From a virus, in the IMG/VR virus record IMGVR_UViG_3300044612_001255, positions 1 to 64,000 of that record: a stretch of 64,000 bases of DNA. One strand, 5' to 3'. Every line of letters begins with the position of its first letter. The first letter of the stretch is position 1. Below the pieces are notes generated by a model. That model saw nothing but the letters and a program-made list of their open reading frames with translations, was not told the origin of the DNA and did not search any database. The position numbers were made by a program, and so were the translations under genes. This document shows, one piece after another, positions 27,683 to 38,699 of the stretch.

Positions 27683-28077
27683 GTTAAATCATATTTTTCT
27701 TTTAAATACTCACGTCTTTTGTTCACTTCTTCATAACGATAGATGTTGTTCTCTACATTCGAATGCTCGTCTAGTGTCATAAGAATAATGTTCTCTTCAT
27801 CAAGAGCTGCCTGCTTATACTTTTCCTTTGGAAGGATGTGGTGAAAGAATATTGACAAAGGTTCTGTCCCTAGTTTTTCTCCACTAATCTCAGACTTGTG
27901 TGGTCTTTTCTTCCATATCCCTAAAAACATCTCACGCATAGAGGATTTCTCCTCTATGATGAGTTTTGTTGAATAGTTAGATGTTATTCTTGCTAACATT
28001 GGTTTTCTTGGTTTGTGCCTAAAGCAATACTCTCCTTCACAGGATGCACCACATGTTTTACACTTTGGTTTAGGCAT
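27679..28077 (-). CDS. Zn-finger / HNH-like protein
   Basis: N-terminal CxxC...C..H, then HHILPK...NI...H. Confidence 0.6.
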   Translation of the reverse strand: MPKPKCKTCGASCEGEYCFRHKPRKPMLARITSNYSTKLIIEEKSSMREMFLGIWKKRPHKSEISGEKLGTEPLSIFFHHILPKEKYKQAALDEENIILMTLDEHSNVENNIYRYEEVNKRREYLKEKYDLT

Positions 28078-28375
28078 CTTTTACAAATTGTCCATCCACC
28101 ATCTTTCCTGTACGCTTAGCAATAATATTGTAAGCACCTTCGAGACATTCAACTAAGGACATGTTCTGCATCTTAGCTTGGATGATGATGGTAACAAGAA
28201 TATCACCTAGAGCATCTGATATCTCTTCTCTGTTGTCATCTTGTATAGCATCAATAAGTTCTTGACACTCTTCCATTGTTTTGTTAGCCTGTGCAGAAGT
28301 TGTAGCTTTTTCAAGAATACCTTTGTTGGCTGCCCATTCAATTACTAAGCTTTCTAATTGATTATAATCCATCAT
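28070..28375 (-). CDS. MazG-like NTP pyrophosphohydrolase
   Basis: KTMEECQEL...DALGDILVT motif. Confidence 0.85.
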   Translation of the reverse strand: MMDYNQLESLVIEWAANKGILEKATTSAQANKTMEECQELIDAIQDDNREEISDALGDILVTIIIQAKMQNMSLVECLEGAYNIIAKRTGKMVDGQFVKDA

Positions 28376-29387
28376 CTTCTGGTGTAGGTTCTATGTTTTT
28401 GATTCGATTAATAATTGTTTGCTTGATATCTTCTTCAAGCTCTGGGTTATCTTCTAGTAGTTTTTGGAATCCATCGTATTGATACTTCTCTTCTTTGTAT
28501 GTCACTGTAGAGCCATACTTTCTAAGAACACTATACTCACTACCAAGCTCCATAAGCTCTGCAAACTTATCAATACCCTGACCATAGACAATATCAAAAC
28601 TTGTTAGTCTATATGGAGGAGACATCTTGTTCTTTACAGCCTTCACCTTGGTGATATTGCCATAAGTCACATCTCCTTCCTTTGCCAATGATCTGCTCAC
28701 TTCTATTCTACAATCTGAATAGAACTTTAATGCATGACCACCTTGAGTTGTTGTTGGGTTACCAAACATAACACCAATCTTCTCACGATACTGACTGATT
28801 ACAATCACACATACATTGTGTGTAGATAATGCAGTCTTTAGCTTTGGATATGCATTGCTGTTAAGTATAGCTTTCTTACCAATAGAACTATCACCCACAT
28901 CACCATCTAGCACCTTCTTTGGAATCAATGAACTATCGCTGTCAATGATTACAAGATCTATCTCTCCAGTGTTGATTAAGTCCATAGCAATCTGAAAACC
29001 TTCTTCGCCACAGCTTGGCTGAGCAATCAACATCTCATCAGTGTTGACACCTAGAGCTTCGAAATAAATCTTATCAACAGCATGCTCGCCATCGATGTAC
29101 AACACTCTACCACCTTTTGCTTGACATTCTGCTACAGTGTGACCACAGATGGTTGACTTACCTGTGCCCTCCCATCCCATTAGTTCATACAGTTTCCCTT
29201 TAACAAAACCTCCTACACCTAATGTGATGTGATCAAAACCAACAGAACCTGTACTAATGAGTTCATAAGTGTTTTGATTCTTAGAATTCAATGTAAGTAC
29301 GCTACCTACACCATACGCTTTGTTCAGCTTGTCCAGAGCTGCTTGGAACTTAGTTTGTTCCTCTACATTTTCTTTTTTCTTTGCCAT
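28362..29387 (-). CDS. recA: RecA recombinase
   Basis: GWEGTGKST Walker A, IDGEHA, QYREKIGVMFGNP, GGHALKFY and KNKMSPP. Likely start MAKKKE at 29387. Confidence 0.95.
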   Translation of the reverse strand: MAKKKENVEEQTKFQAALDKLNKAYGVGSVLTLNSKNQNTYELISTGSVGFDHITLGVGGFVKGKLYELMGWEGTGKSTICGHTVAECQAKGGRVLYIDGEHAVDKIYFEALGVNTDEMLIAQPSCGEEGFQIAMDLINTGEIDLVIIDSDSSLIPKKVLDGDVGDSSIGKKAILNSNAYPKLKTALSTHNVCVIVISQYREKIGVMFGNPTTTQGGHALKFYSDCRIEVSRSLAKEGDVTYGNITKVKAVKNKMSPPYRLTSFDIVYGQGIDKFAELMELGSEYSVLRKYGSTVTYKEEKYQYDGFQKLLEDNPELEEDIKQTIINRIKNIEPTPEDDGL

Positions 29388-29497
29388 TATTGAATTGAAT
29401 TTAGATATAACGAATTTAATTAAAATTTCTAACATTTTCAATTAAAAAACCCCACAACACATGTCATGGGGCTTTTTTATAAACAAAAACACACTAA

Positions 29498-30848
29498 TTA
29501 ATCAAATTTCCAAGCATATGAATGCAGTCTATAGCTTTCTATATTTCCATACTTTGCTCTGAATGGCTCACTAATCTTCAAAGGTTCTAAAAGCTCAATT
29601 GGTGTATATACACTTGTTCCAGGAAATGAACCACATGTAACTACTATACTTTTACCACTTTCGATTGCAGCTTTGACAATGAAGTCTCTAATATCAATGT
29701 TTCCTCTAAAATCTTTTTTACAATGAACTTTGATTGTTTCCATTTTTCTCTATTCCTAATGTTGCATTTACATATATTCTAATCTGATCTGACATATAGT
29801 GTCTCACATGTCCTCCATCACAGAGCACAACACACCATATATCATTCTCGAATGCTCCAGAGTCACTAACATAAAGAGCATACCCATCCCTATTGCCTTC
29901 TACAACAACAGGAATGGGGTTTTTAAACTCGTGTATCAATTTAGTAACTCAAAAGCTTTCTCTACAGCAGCTCTCTCGCAAGCAACTCTTCCTTCAAAGA
30001 ATTGTCCTGTTGTTTTACCATTAATTTTGTAATAGAATAAATCAGGATTGATGTTCTCATCCCTAAGAATTTCAACCACTATTCTATTCTCATCCAAAAC
30101 ATCAAAGAAGTTTCTAGGACTCTGCTCAAACATAATTGCTAGAGTGATGTCTGACACACCTCTTGATAACATTTGCTTCTTGAAATCCTCTGGAGCATTG
30201 TCTTGCTCAAAGCTTTCAATCATCTTCTTCAAAAACCAATCCCTAACAGTTTCTGTAGCTAGGGGGTAATCATTTAGTATTTCAATTGCTAACTTGTTCG
30301 ACATGTTCTTTTATGTTGTTAATATTTAATGTTTCTCTTTCTTCGTGGAATCCTTCCCAAACTTCTTGATCACTAGATAATGTTATACCCAGCTTGTCTT
30401 CCCAAAAGTTGATGAGATCTTGTGTCTTATTAAAGATTCTGTATTGCAGAGACACTTCATCTCTGTGTTTACCATTTCTTATAATCTTCACAACCTTTGG
30501 AAAGACATTCTGAAAATCTTTACTGGTTTTGGAATACAAACCTTGTTTAACAAGTTCATAGTCCTTTTTAAACTTTGGATCTAGTTTGTAAACCATCACC
30601 ACATAACCACCTTCGTAATCATAATCTTCTATGATGTTGCTAGTTCTTTCATATTCGCCATCTATGAAATCTCTAAACAAATCCATATCAGTAGGTTTGA
30701 AAAGCAAATACACGCAATCTTGATATATACAATCATGGTTTACATCTCGTATGAAACCATTAATGAAACCCACCTTGTCAAGCTTTTCAATGCCTATACC
30801 AAGTGGTTTTACCATAAATAACGTTGTGATGCTTCTCGTTAATTTCAT
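29498..30848 (-). CDS. Four consecutive hypothetical genes (29498-29743, 29718-29939, 29936-30304, 30282-30848)
   Basis: Overlapping, coupled ORFs with phage-like codon usage. No recognised family. Confidence 0.55.
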
Positions 30849-31891
30849 TATCCTCTTATGTTTACGATTCCTTTATTTTCATAATTTGTTCTGGAAATAT
30901 TCCAGACACCATTGTAAAGAGCCCACTTCAAGTCTTCAATAGTTTCTTTCACACCAGGATAGTTTCTCCCTTTATGAGTGAACCCATTGTAACAATCTGC
31001 CAAATCTTCTTGTGTAAGAGTGTAGATGAGCGGATTATAATAGTTTGTACTATCACAGACAATGAACTCTGGAATAAGTGCTGCATATCCTTTCCACTTC
31101 GTTTCAACTAGATGAAGAGTTGCTCTGGCATAAAGATATGCTTGAATATACGCACGTCTGTACAAATAATATTCATCGAAGAAGTTTTCTACGCTCCATG
31201 TACATTTCAAATCATACACCTGCACAGTTTGTTTGTCGTGATCAACAACAAGCTTGTCAAACATACTCTTGAATACGTGACCATCTACTGTATATGAATC
31301 CACTTGGTACTGATTCAGAACAGTATATCTAACGTCACTGGTTAGATTGATGACATCTTTTGTGACAATGTTGTTTCTCAATTCTGTCACAATTCTTTCA
31401 GCATTTGTGACATCGTTGCTGTTAACCACTGTCAGGTTTTGTGATCTCACCTTTCTGATCTCATTGTAATACACCTCAGCGTCAGTGCCTACAAACTTAC
31501 TAATCACCTGCTCAATCTTAATCTTGAACCCTGATTCTAGATAGGCATCCTTTGTTAGTTCATCAAATGTCCTTGTCACAACACCAAAAGCATCTGTTGC
31601 TTCCTTAGTGAACTTGTATAGAGCTTCTACAAAGTCTAGCATGAGTCCTGTTGGTGTGCTTGCACAAGATGACATGTAGAATCTTTGGTCGAACTGCTCA
31701 GGCTCTAGAAGAAGAGTTTCAACAAGCCTGCCAATTGTAGCAGCCTGGCTATCTTTATCTTCTACACGTTCTCCAAGAACATATTTCTTGTGGTACTTCT
31801 TTCTGTCCATTGAGAACTCTTTCAATGAACTGGAGCTATCAGTTTGAATAGCTCTATAGTTAGCTTCTGTTTTACTTTGTCCTTGTATCAT
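30848..31891 (-). CDS. PD-(D/E)XK exonuclease (RecE/Cas4-like)
   Basis: SSSSLK, KSMFDKL..VYDLK and YIQAYLY motifs. Confidence 0.8.
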   Translation of the reverse strand: MIQGQSKTEANYRAIQTDSSSSLKEFSMDRKKYHKKYVLGERVEDKDSQAATIGRLVETLLLEPEQFDQRFYMSSCASTPTGLMLDFVEALYKFTKEATDAFGVVTRTFDELTKDAYLESGFKIKIEQVISKFVGTDAEVYYNEIRKVRSQNLTVVNSNDVTNAERIVTELRNNIVTKDVINLTSDVRYTVLNQYQVDSYTVDGHVFKSMFDKLVVDHDKQTVQVYDLKCTWSVENFFDEYYLYRRAYIQAYLYARATLHLVETKWKGYAALIPEFIVCDSTNYYNPLIYTLTQEDLADCYNGFTHKGRNYPGVKETIEDLKWALYNGVWNISRTNYENKGIVNIRG

Positions 31892-32111
31892 GTAGTTTTT
31901 GTTTAAATGCGTTAATAATTAATGGATACATTGCCCTCACTTCTCTAGGCACTCTTTGGAAAAACCATCTCACTTCTATTTCATACTCATTTCCATTCAG
32001 ATCAACTCCTTGTGGATGTATGAGCCAGAATCTATGTATTTCCTCATCATGCTCCACATGTCCCTCATGCCAAATCTCTGTGAATGATGGTTGCTTGTTA
32101 ATTGATATCAT
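31872..32111 (-). CDS. Hypothetical protein
   Basis: 79-aa ORF. Confidence 0.55.
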   Translation of the reverse strand: MISINKQPSFTEIWHEGHVEHDEEIHRFWLIHPQGVDLNGNEYEIEVRWFFQRVPREVRAMYPLIINAFKQKLHDTRTK

Positions 32112-32148
32112 AAAATAATCATTTTAGTTAGAAATTACAAATAAAAAA

Positions 32149-32174
32149 ACCTTCCCCCAGTGAGGGAAGGCTTT
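32149..32174 (-). terminator. Intrinsic terminator
   Basis: CCTTCCC...GGGAAGG hairpin preceded by an A-run (U-tail on the - strand). Confidence 0.7.
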
Positions 32175-32200
32175 CTGAAATGTTAACCCAAATCTATAAA

Positions 32201-32602
32201 TCATTTACTTAACTCTTTTCTGTCATCAACTGTCTTTACATCGTGACAATCCTTGCAAAGAACTTGCAAATTGTCCACTTCACAAAACAATTTTTCAACA
32301 AATTCTGGAAGATCTTTAGCTGTCTGAAGACTTCCAGCTGGAACAATGTGGTCTACATTTATAGATGTTGCAGGAAACCATCCTTTACAGCAGTTGCATT
32401 GATATTCATACTTTTGTCTCTTGTTTGGCCCATGATAGTTACGCTTAGCATTCTCTTTACAGAGTGTGATAGGTTTCCACCATCTAGACTTTTGTCTTAA
32501 AGCACTTCGTATGAATGACCAGAATGCACTCTCTGTCATTGTTCCAGCATTTCTTGATTTAGGTTTTACACTACTTCTCTTTTTTACTACTTTCTTTTTC
32601 AT
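32201..32602 (-). CDS. HNH endonuclease
   Basis: CxxC, VDHIVP and NLQVLCKDCHDVKT motifs. Confidence 0.85.
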   Translation of the reverse strand: MKKKVVKKRSSVKPKSRNAGTMTESAFWSFIRSALRQKSRWWKPITLCKENAKRNYHGPNKRQKYEYQCNCCKGWFPATSINVDHIVPAGSLQTAKDLPEFVEKLFCEVDNLQVLCKDCHDVKTVDDRKELSK

Positions 32603-32684
32603 CTTCTTAATCCTTTTCCAACAAACCTAAATGAGTTTATTGGCTAATATAATAGTATTTTTCAACTATTACGCTAGGATGAAA

Positions 32685-34166
32685 TTATACAACTTCTTTA
32701 ACTCTACCACCAAGCTCGTCTTTCATCTTCTTTAGAGAGTTGACAATCTTACCTATCTCAGAAGAAGAAATAGCAGGGAGATTAAATTCATATTTCTTAA
32801 CTTCTTGAGCAAATGCTTTCTCAGCTCTTTCAGATAGAGATTCTAATTCATTCTCTACATAGAATTCATCCAGATCAATTGTGCTAAAGTCTAAGTCATG
32901 AAGAATCTGTGTTGCTTCATCTCTAGATACAGTGGAGATTGGAAGATACTCATAGCATCTACCTTTTGCTGTACCAATACCAACAACCTTCATAGGGTTG
33001 ATGAGCATCAATACAGATTGATCACCACATCCTACATAGTGAATTTGATCAGCAGTGAAGTGAAGACCAGCAGCAGCACAATCTTGTGTAGACCAGTTAC
33101 AATCCTCCATTGGCATCTTCACAACTTGACCAATACGAATGTCAAATGTCTTAGTCCAGTCATCTGTAAATCTGTTCTCTGCTCTGTTAGGAAGATCTAA
33201 ATACAAATCTGTAAGAACTCCTAGATCTGTACCCTCATAAGTCTTCCTGCTGTAAGTAGCTTCTCCTTCCCCATCACAATCATAACACATGATATATTCT
33301 TCATATAAATCATCCCAAATATCTCCTGTACCATCACAAGTCTCACACTTCTCAGTGTATTGTTCTGTCATTTCAGTATAGTGCATGAACTTGTATTCTC
33401 CATCAGGAGAAAGAATAACATGATAGTGATTAGGGCTTTTCTTCCACACAGCTTTAATCTTTGTGTACACCTCACTAACAAACTTAACAAGTTCATTTGA
33501 GCCATGTAGTGTAACAACATTTCTTAGAGCTACGAAGAAGCCTTGCTTAGTTATTCTGAAGCTGTTGTCTACAAGAAATCTGTATAACTCATCAGCCACT
33601 TCAGCACGAGGATTTAAGCAGCACCACATAAAGAATCTCTTCAATGACAGATATTGTTCATCATTGTAAACATCTTCATGCGGATCACTATCTCCATCCT
33701 GGTATAAAGAAATCACTTCAATAAACTTTTCTACAAGAAGCTGTGGCATTGTTCTGTTAATGCCCTTGAGTTTTACAGATCCATCTTCAACATCAAAGTC
33801 TTGCATTCTGGATAGCATTTCTAGTTTTGAAGAAATGTCTGCAAGAACCTTTTGCTGCTTCACTTCTTTAACCATCTCATCAGTGGAAAGCTTCTTGTTA
33901 AACAATGCAATGATTTCAATCTCATTGTTAGCATTCTTTACATCATTGAAGTCATCAACTGTACATGATGGCTTAGATAACACTTCTCCGTCCTTTAAAA
34001 CAACTGTAAGCACATCATTAACGAGTTTCAGTTTCTCGTATGGTTTAAAAGAAGTTTCTAGTTCTCTTCTTAGTAAACTGTTCTTCAATGCTTGTTCTTC
34101 TATCTTTAGATTATCAAGCATTCTTTTTGCGTTGGATTTGAACCAATCTAGTGTGAAAATTGACAT
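32685..34166 (-). CDS. rIIB-like protein with inserted CxxCxGxG zinc finger
   Basis: LYRFL..ITKQGFFVALR, VKMP..C....C..GLH, INP..V and KGRCYEY. Lies downstream of rIIA. Confidence 0.75.
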   Translation of the reverse strand: MSIFTLDWFKSNAKRMLDNLKIEEQALKNSLLRRELETSFKPYEKLKLVNDVLTVVLKDGEVLSKPSCTVDDFNDVKNANNEIEIIALFNKKLSTDEMVKEVKQQKVLADISSKLEMLSRMQDFDVEDGSVKLKGINRTMPQLLVEKFIEVISLYQDGDSDPHEDVYNDEQYLSLKRFFMWCCLNPRAEVADELYRFLVDNSFRITKQGFFVALRNVVTLHGSNELVKFVSEVYTKIKAVWKKSPNHYHVILSPDGEYKFMHYTEMTEQYTEKCETCDGTGDIWDDLYEEYIMCYDCDGEGEATYSRKTYEGTDLGVLTDLYLDLPNRAENRFTDDWTKTFDIRIGQVVKMPMEDCNWSTQDCAAAGLHFTADQIHYVGCGDQSVLMLINPMKVVGIGTAKGRCYEYLPISTVSRDEATQILHDLDFSTIDLDEFYVENELESLSERAEKAFAQEVKKYEFNLPAISSSEIGKIVNSLKKMKDELGGRVKEVV

Positions 34167-34188
34167 AGTTTTGTTTTGGTTTTAAATG

Positions 34189-34214
34189 AAAAAGGGAGGA
34201 CTAAGCCTCCCTTA
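34189..34214 (-). terminator. Intrinsic terminator
   Basis: AAGGGAGG-ACTAAG-CCTCCCTT with an upstream A-run. Confidence 0.7.
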
Positions 34215-34234
34215 AGTTATTGATTTTTAATTAA

Positions 34235-36547
34235 TTAACAAAATTGTTCTTCTAATTTATCTTCTTCAAGACGAGTGTAGTGATCAAGATTCACTTTGAA
34301 TTTGTGATACTTCATCAAATCTACCATAGCTCTTTCAACTCCTGGAGACATACTAGTATTATAAGTATAGAAATTAAGTGATCCAAGAAGAGCATTTAGA
34401 AAATACAGCTTTTCAAGAGTTGCTTTCATACGTATATACTCATGGTATATACTGTAATCGAAAAGGTTCTTCTCTTGTGCTAATTCAAGCATAGCGTTAT
34501 AAATCTCAGTGGATCCATCTCTATAGTTCTTGTTTCTATAGTCTTCAAGCAATGATAGCTTATTCATTAACTCGCTTGATACATTTTTCAAATAAGTATA
34601 TTTTCTGAAAACATACGTTTGATCAGTCATTAGCTTATTAATTACATAAGCAGTGACAAGCTTCTTGAATGGTTTGTTTGTACCCTCCATAAATTTTGAA
34701 TAAGACATTACATTGTTCAACTCTAGTTCTTCAAGCACCTTCATCTCTTTGGTTGACAGAGAGATTATAGTGATGTTCATTTTACCATAAGATATGCCAT
34801 ATAGCTTATCAAGCTTCAGGCTATCATCATGATGACTATACACCAATAGAGTTTTCTTCTTTGCTATCTCCTTCAAAGACCACGTGTCAGCAACAAACTT
34901 ACAATGCTTACCATCAACAAATCTTTCTAGTGGAGCTGCCTTCTTGACAATGATATCACCAGCTAGCTTCTCACGTCTATTAACTGCTGTTCTACCAGTA
35001 ATTTGCTTTCTAGACTGAATAAAGCTGTCTGGAACAACAACATCATCAAGATTCTTGAATCCAGAAATCATAGATTTCACAATACCCTGAAACTCTATGA
35101 TTGCCTCTCTCCAGTGTTCTCTGTTAATCTTAGAAAGTTCTAGCAGTTGATAATAGTTATCATTACGTTTCAAACTTTTGATATAACTAGAACCATCGCT
35201 TTTATTAAACAAAGAGAACGTTCCTGTTCTTTTCACAAAGTAATAATTGCTGTATGTACCATTCTGTAAATGAGTTCTTAGATACGCCTTCTTCAACTCT
35301 GAGATCCTAGAAGAATACATGTATGTGTTGTTGCCCATAACATTGTTTCTACTAACATTCGATTCCCAGCTTCCACTCTTCACTTCCTTGAACTTTCCTC
35401 TGTTGAGAGTGTATGTTACAGCATACTCATTTAGAATGTATTCACTCTTATCAACAAGCTTTCTTAGATCAAGATGTTTTACACCTTCCATTTTAGGCTC
35501 ATTCATCACTATATCGCTGAAGATAGATAGGTAACCAACGTTCAAAGACTTGCCAGGAACAATCTCTACACTTCTTTTCTTGCTGGTGTAATACTCTATC
35601 ACTTGATCAAATGTAGAGCAGTTTTGCATCTCACGATTGTATTTCTCAATGAAGAAGTCAGACATTTGTCCCAATCTTTTGAGAATAATGTCCTTAGCTT
35701 CTTGTGTATACCTGATAGCCTCTCTGTTTGGTGTTGGAAATATTCCATCAGTCAAACTAAATCTCAATGCTACAGGAAACTCTAAATGAGAAATACCAAG
35801 CTTACCAAAGTCTAGTGGATAATACACATTGTCTAGACAAATGTGTAGGTAATTATCCTTTGACATTTCAGAATACTGAAAGTGCTCACTACGATAGATG
35901 GTGAATTTGTTATTCAAAGTGTATCCAGCTGCTGTAACATCAAGATACACACTATCAAAATAAGCTAGTTGCTCCTGAATTTTGTCGTAGAAGCTAAATC
36001 TATCACCCCATTTAACTGGAATAATCACCTTGACACCATTTCCTTCAGCTGTAGGTCTTTCATACAGACGATCAATAGTGTTTGTGTCCTCACCTTCGTA
36101 CATCATATACTTACGTTCTATGTTATCTTTACGACAGATGAAATAGAAACTAGATGAATAAGCAAGAGGGGCTTTAAAGCCAAGCCCCATCATGCCTAAT
36201 TCTGTATTAGAGTTACGTTTGGTAGACTTACCATACTTACTAATGATGTTCCTCACATCATCATCATTTAGACCAACACCAAAGTCTTCTACAGAGAAGT
36301 AGTAGTTGTTATTGTCATCTAGTTTAAAACTTACAACAATTGGATCTTCCACACAAGCTCTTCTGTGACTATCTAGTGCATTACTTGCACACTCTCTGAT
36401 AGTTGAGCCTATTGAATCTGAATAGAGATTCTTACTTAACATCTGCATCAAAATCTGAGCAGAATCTAAGTCCAAAGACATTCCAATTGATTCGTTTATT
36501 TCGCCATCAGCGAAAACCATTGCTTCTTTTTGTTTTTCTAGTATCAT
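34235..36547 (-). CDS. rIIA-like GHKL ATPase
   Basis: NLYSD..IRECASNALDSH, VEDFGVG, STKR, GLGFKAPLAY and PNREAI motifs. Confidence 0.85.
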   Translation of the reverse strand: MILEKQKEAMVFADGEINESIGMSLDLDSAQILMQMLSKNLYSDSIGSTIRECASNALDSHRRACVEDPIVVSFKLDDNNNYYFSVEDFGVGLNDDDVRNIISKYGKSTKRNSNTELGMMGLGFKAPLAYSSSFYFICRKDNIERKYMMYEGEDTNTIDRLYERPTAEGNGVKVIIPVKWGDRFSFYDKIQEQLAYFDSVYLDVTAAGYTLNNKFTIYRSEHFQYSEMSKDNYLHICLDNVYYPLDFGKLGISHLEFPVALRFSLTDGIFPTPNREAIRYTQEAKDIILKRLGQMSDFFIEKYNREMQNCSTFDQVIEYYTSKKRSVEIVPGKSLNVGYLSIFSDIVMNEPKMEGVKHLDLRKLVDKSEYILNEYAVTYTLNRGKFKEVKSGSWESNVSRNNVMGNNTYMYSSRISELKKAYLRTHLQNGTYSNYYFVKRTGTFSLFNKSDGSSYIKSLKRNDNYYQLLELSKINREHWREAIIEFQGIVKSMISGFKNLDDVVVPDSFIQSRKQITGRTAVNRREKLAGDIIVKKAAPLERFVDGKHCKFVADTWSLKEIAKKKTLLVYSHHDDSLKLDKLYGISYGKMNITIISLSTKEMKVLEELELNNVMSYSKFMEGTNKPFKKLVTAYVINKLMTDQTYVFRKYTYLKNVSSELMNKLSLLEDYRNKNYRDGSTEIYNAMLELAQEKNLFDYSIYHEYIRMKATLEKLYFLNALLGSLNFYTYNTSMSPGVERAMVDLMKYHKFKVNLDHYTRLEEDKLEEQFC

Positions 36548-37175
36548 CTTTCAATTTTAAATTTTTGTTGTTCTAAATAAATCATTGCTTCATTGTATTG
36601 CTCAAGGGTTTCATCATTCAAATCATTGACATTCACCTTAACCACTCTTGATGCATGCGGTGCATTGACATAAGACTTACTATAATTATGGAGATGTCTA
36701 TTTTCTTTATAAAAAACACTTAACGCATAAAGTGAATAGTATTGAATAGTTCCTGTTTTTCCACGTCCTACATAAATTCCAAGAAGCATGTAGTTATCAT
36801 ATCCTATCGCAATCAAATCACCTTTTCTTATTGTTCCAGTGTATTTGCTTTCAAACGTCATACCTCAATCACTTTAATTATTGGAGCAGAAAAATTCAAA
36901 TACTTCACCTCGTTAAACTCTTCAAGGTTGAAGTTCTGAGTTTTAAAGCTGCGTGTTCCTTCAATAACATACGCTCCATTTTTCCAAACATTTTTTGGGT
37001 AGGTTTTTACAGTAACATTCACTTTACATCTAGTAGGTTTATGATAAGTTGATGTGGGGGAGCTTTTAACAGGCTTCCTTTCAATCTTAGCACTTCTCAT
37101 TCCAACACCAGAAGAATATATCACTACATCTCCTATCTCTAGATCTTCTAAATCATTAACTAATTCTGTTATCAT
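36544..37175 (-). CDS. Two small SH3/KOW-like hypothetical genes (36544-36861, 36858-37175)
   Basis: RKGDLI and EIGDVV starts. Coupled by ATGA overlaps. Confidence 0.5.
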
Positions 37176-37187
37176 AATGTGTTTTGT

Positions 37188-37928
37188 TTAAAATGGCAGA
37201 TCTTCATCTAACCACCAGATTTGTGTTTTCTTTTCATCTAATAGTACTCTATTCACTTTTGTGAATACACCTTCTGAATCCCAATCAGCGTTCTTGTAAG
37301 AAGCACTAGCTGGATGACTCAATTCGAAGGACCATGTTAACGGAGGCATGTAACGCTTAAACTTGCTAGCTTCCTTACCTAGAAATACAACAGGCACTCT
37401 GCTTGCAGCAATAGCATTCTCAAATACATACTTGATAAATGGCTCCCATATTTTCAAATGAGAACCAGCTTTATTGATTTCTGTAGTGAGAGCTGCGTTA
37501 AGCATCAATACGCCCTGCTCAGCTAGATATTCTACATTAGTGTTCTTTTTGTATTTCAGATTCAATCCTTTGTAACAATCTTTCTCTACAGCATTGTAAA
37601 ACTGCTCTAGTGAAGGTTGAAGCTTATCTGCAACAGAACATCCCATTAACAAACCATCTGCCACTGGCAGGCCATTTAACTGCGTGTGATAAGGACACAT
37701 ACCCAAGAGCACCACCTTCATTTCATTCAAAGGTGTTACTTTAAAACATTTATAGGTAACAGAAGAAAGAGGGGCAATTTTCTTACCCCTCCTAGATTCT
37801 GTTTTCAAATGTTCATAGATTGCATCACACTCTTCACTCTCAATAAATGGACGCATTACATCATGCCAACTCTCATGAAAGTGATCTTTGAATTTATCCC
37901 ACAACATCTGCTTCTTGTAATTGATCAA
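37188..37928 (-). CDS. ung: Family-1 uracil-DNA glycosylase homolog with altered active site
   Basis: KVVLLGMCPYH, QGVLMLNAALT, GSH..WEPF and SHPAS motifs. Confidence 0.8.
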   Translation of the reverse strand: MINYKKQMLWDKFKDHFHESWHDVMRPFIESEECDAIYEHLKTESRRGKKIAPLSSVTYKCFKVTPLNEMKVVLLGMCPYHTQLNGLPVADGLLMGCSVADKLQPSLEQFYNAVEKDCYKGLNLKYKKNTNVEYLAEQGVLMLNAALTTEINKAGSHLKIWEPFIKYVFENAIAASRVPVVFLGKEASKFKRYMPPLTWSFELSHPASASYKNADWDSEGVFTKVNRVLLDEKKTQIWWLDEDLPF

Positions 37929-38697
37929 AGATTGTCAACTGTCTCCTAGTTGTCGACTCTTCAAATGATATGTTAACTGATTTACTTTTTATCTCACCAG
38001 ATGCATTCACAAAGAACTCATGAGCATCAACGTGATTGCCCATCCATAGTGTTGGATGAACCTCCTTCATTGAGTATGTGGTGTATTGATACAACTCCCA
38101 TAAACTTTCTGGAGCACCATAGTCAAACGTTGGTTTCTTCAACTCACGCTTGATGATATTCACTTGTGTGGATTCAATAAACTCTTTCTCAAGAATCATT
38201 CTTCCTACAAGCTCAGCTGTTACACGAGCATCAATCTGAACATGCTTCATAAGCTCACGCTCATCTTGCATTTTTCTGAATCCATCACCAGCAGCTTTAA
38301 TGTATTCTACAATAGCACTTGGTGTAAACTCTTGCACATCTCCTTGATGCTTTCTTTTGAATGCACCATAATCACCACTAACCATGCCGTTTTGACAAAC
38401 GATGATTTGTGTACCAATAGCAAACTTCAAGCTAAGACTTTTGTCATAGCTGTTCTGCCAGCCAATCTGTAGCTGCATTTCTCTATCAGCTACGTTGCTG
38501 ATTGTGAATCTGCCGTTAGCAATGTTACCATCTCTTGCAGCAGAATACTTTTCTGAATCAAGCTTAAATCCTGCTTGATGAATGCTCTCCAGGGTGAGGT
38601 CAATTAGTTGACCATGTGAAACAGGCTTATATGTTCTTGTTTCTTTAGGAAGTTCCGTACCTGTGAGGAAATATTTAGTTGTTGAATAAGTTGACAT
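37894..38697 (-). CDS. DUF932/DUF945-family protein
   Basis: YKPVSH, NSYDKS, VCQNG and ESLWELYQ motifs. Confidence 0.75.
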   Translation of the reverse strand: MSTYSTTKYFLTGTELPKETRTYKPVSHGQLIDLTLESIHQAGFKLDSEKYSAARDGNIANGRFTISNVADREMQLQIGWQNSYDKSLSLKFAIGTQIIVCQNGMVSGDYGAFKRKHQGDVQEFTPSAIVEYIKAAGDGFRKMQDERELMKHVQIDARVTAELVGRMILEKEFIESTQVNIIKRELKKPTFDYGAPESLWELYQYTTYSMKEVHPTLWMGNHVDAHEFFVNASGEIKSKSVNISFEESTTRRQLTIFDQLQEADVVG

Positions 38698-38699
38698 AA

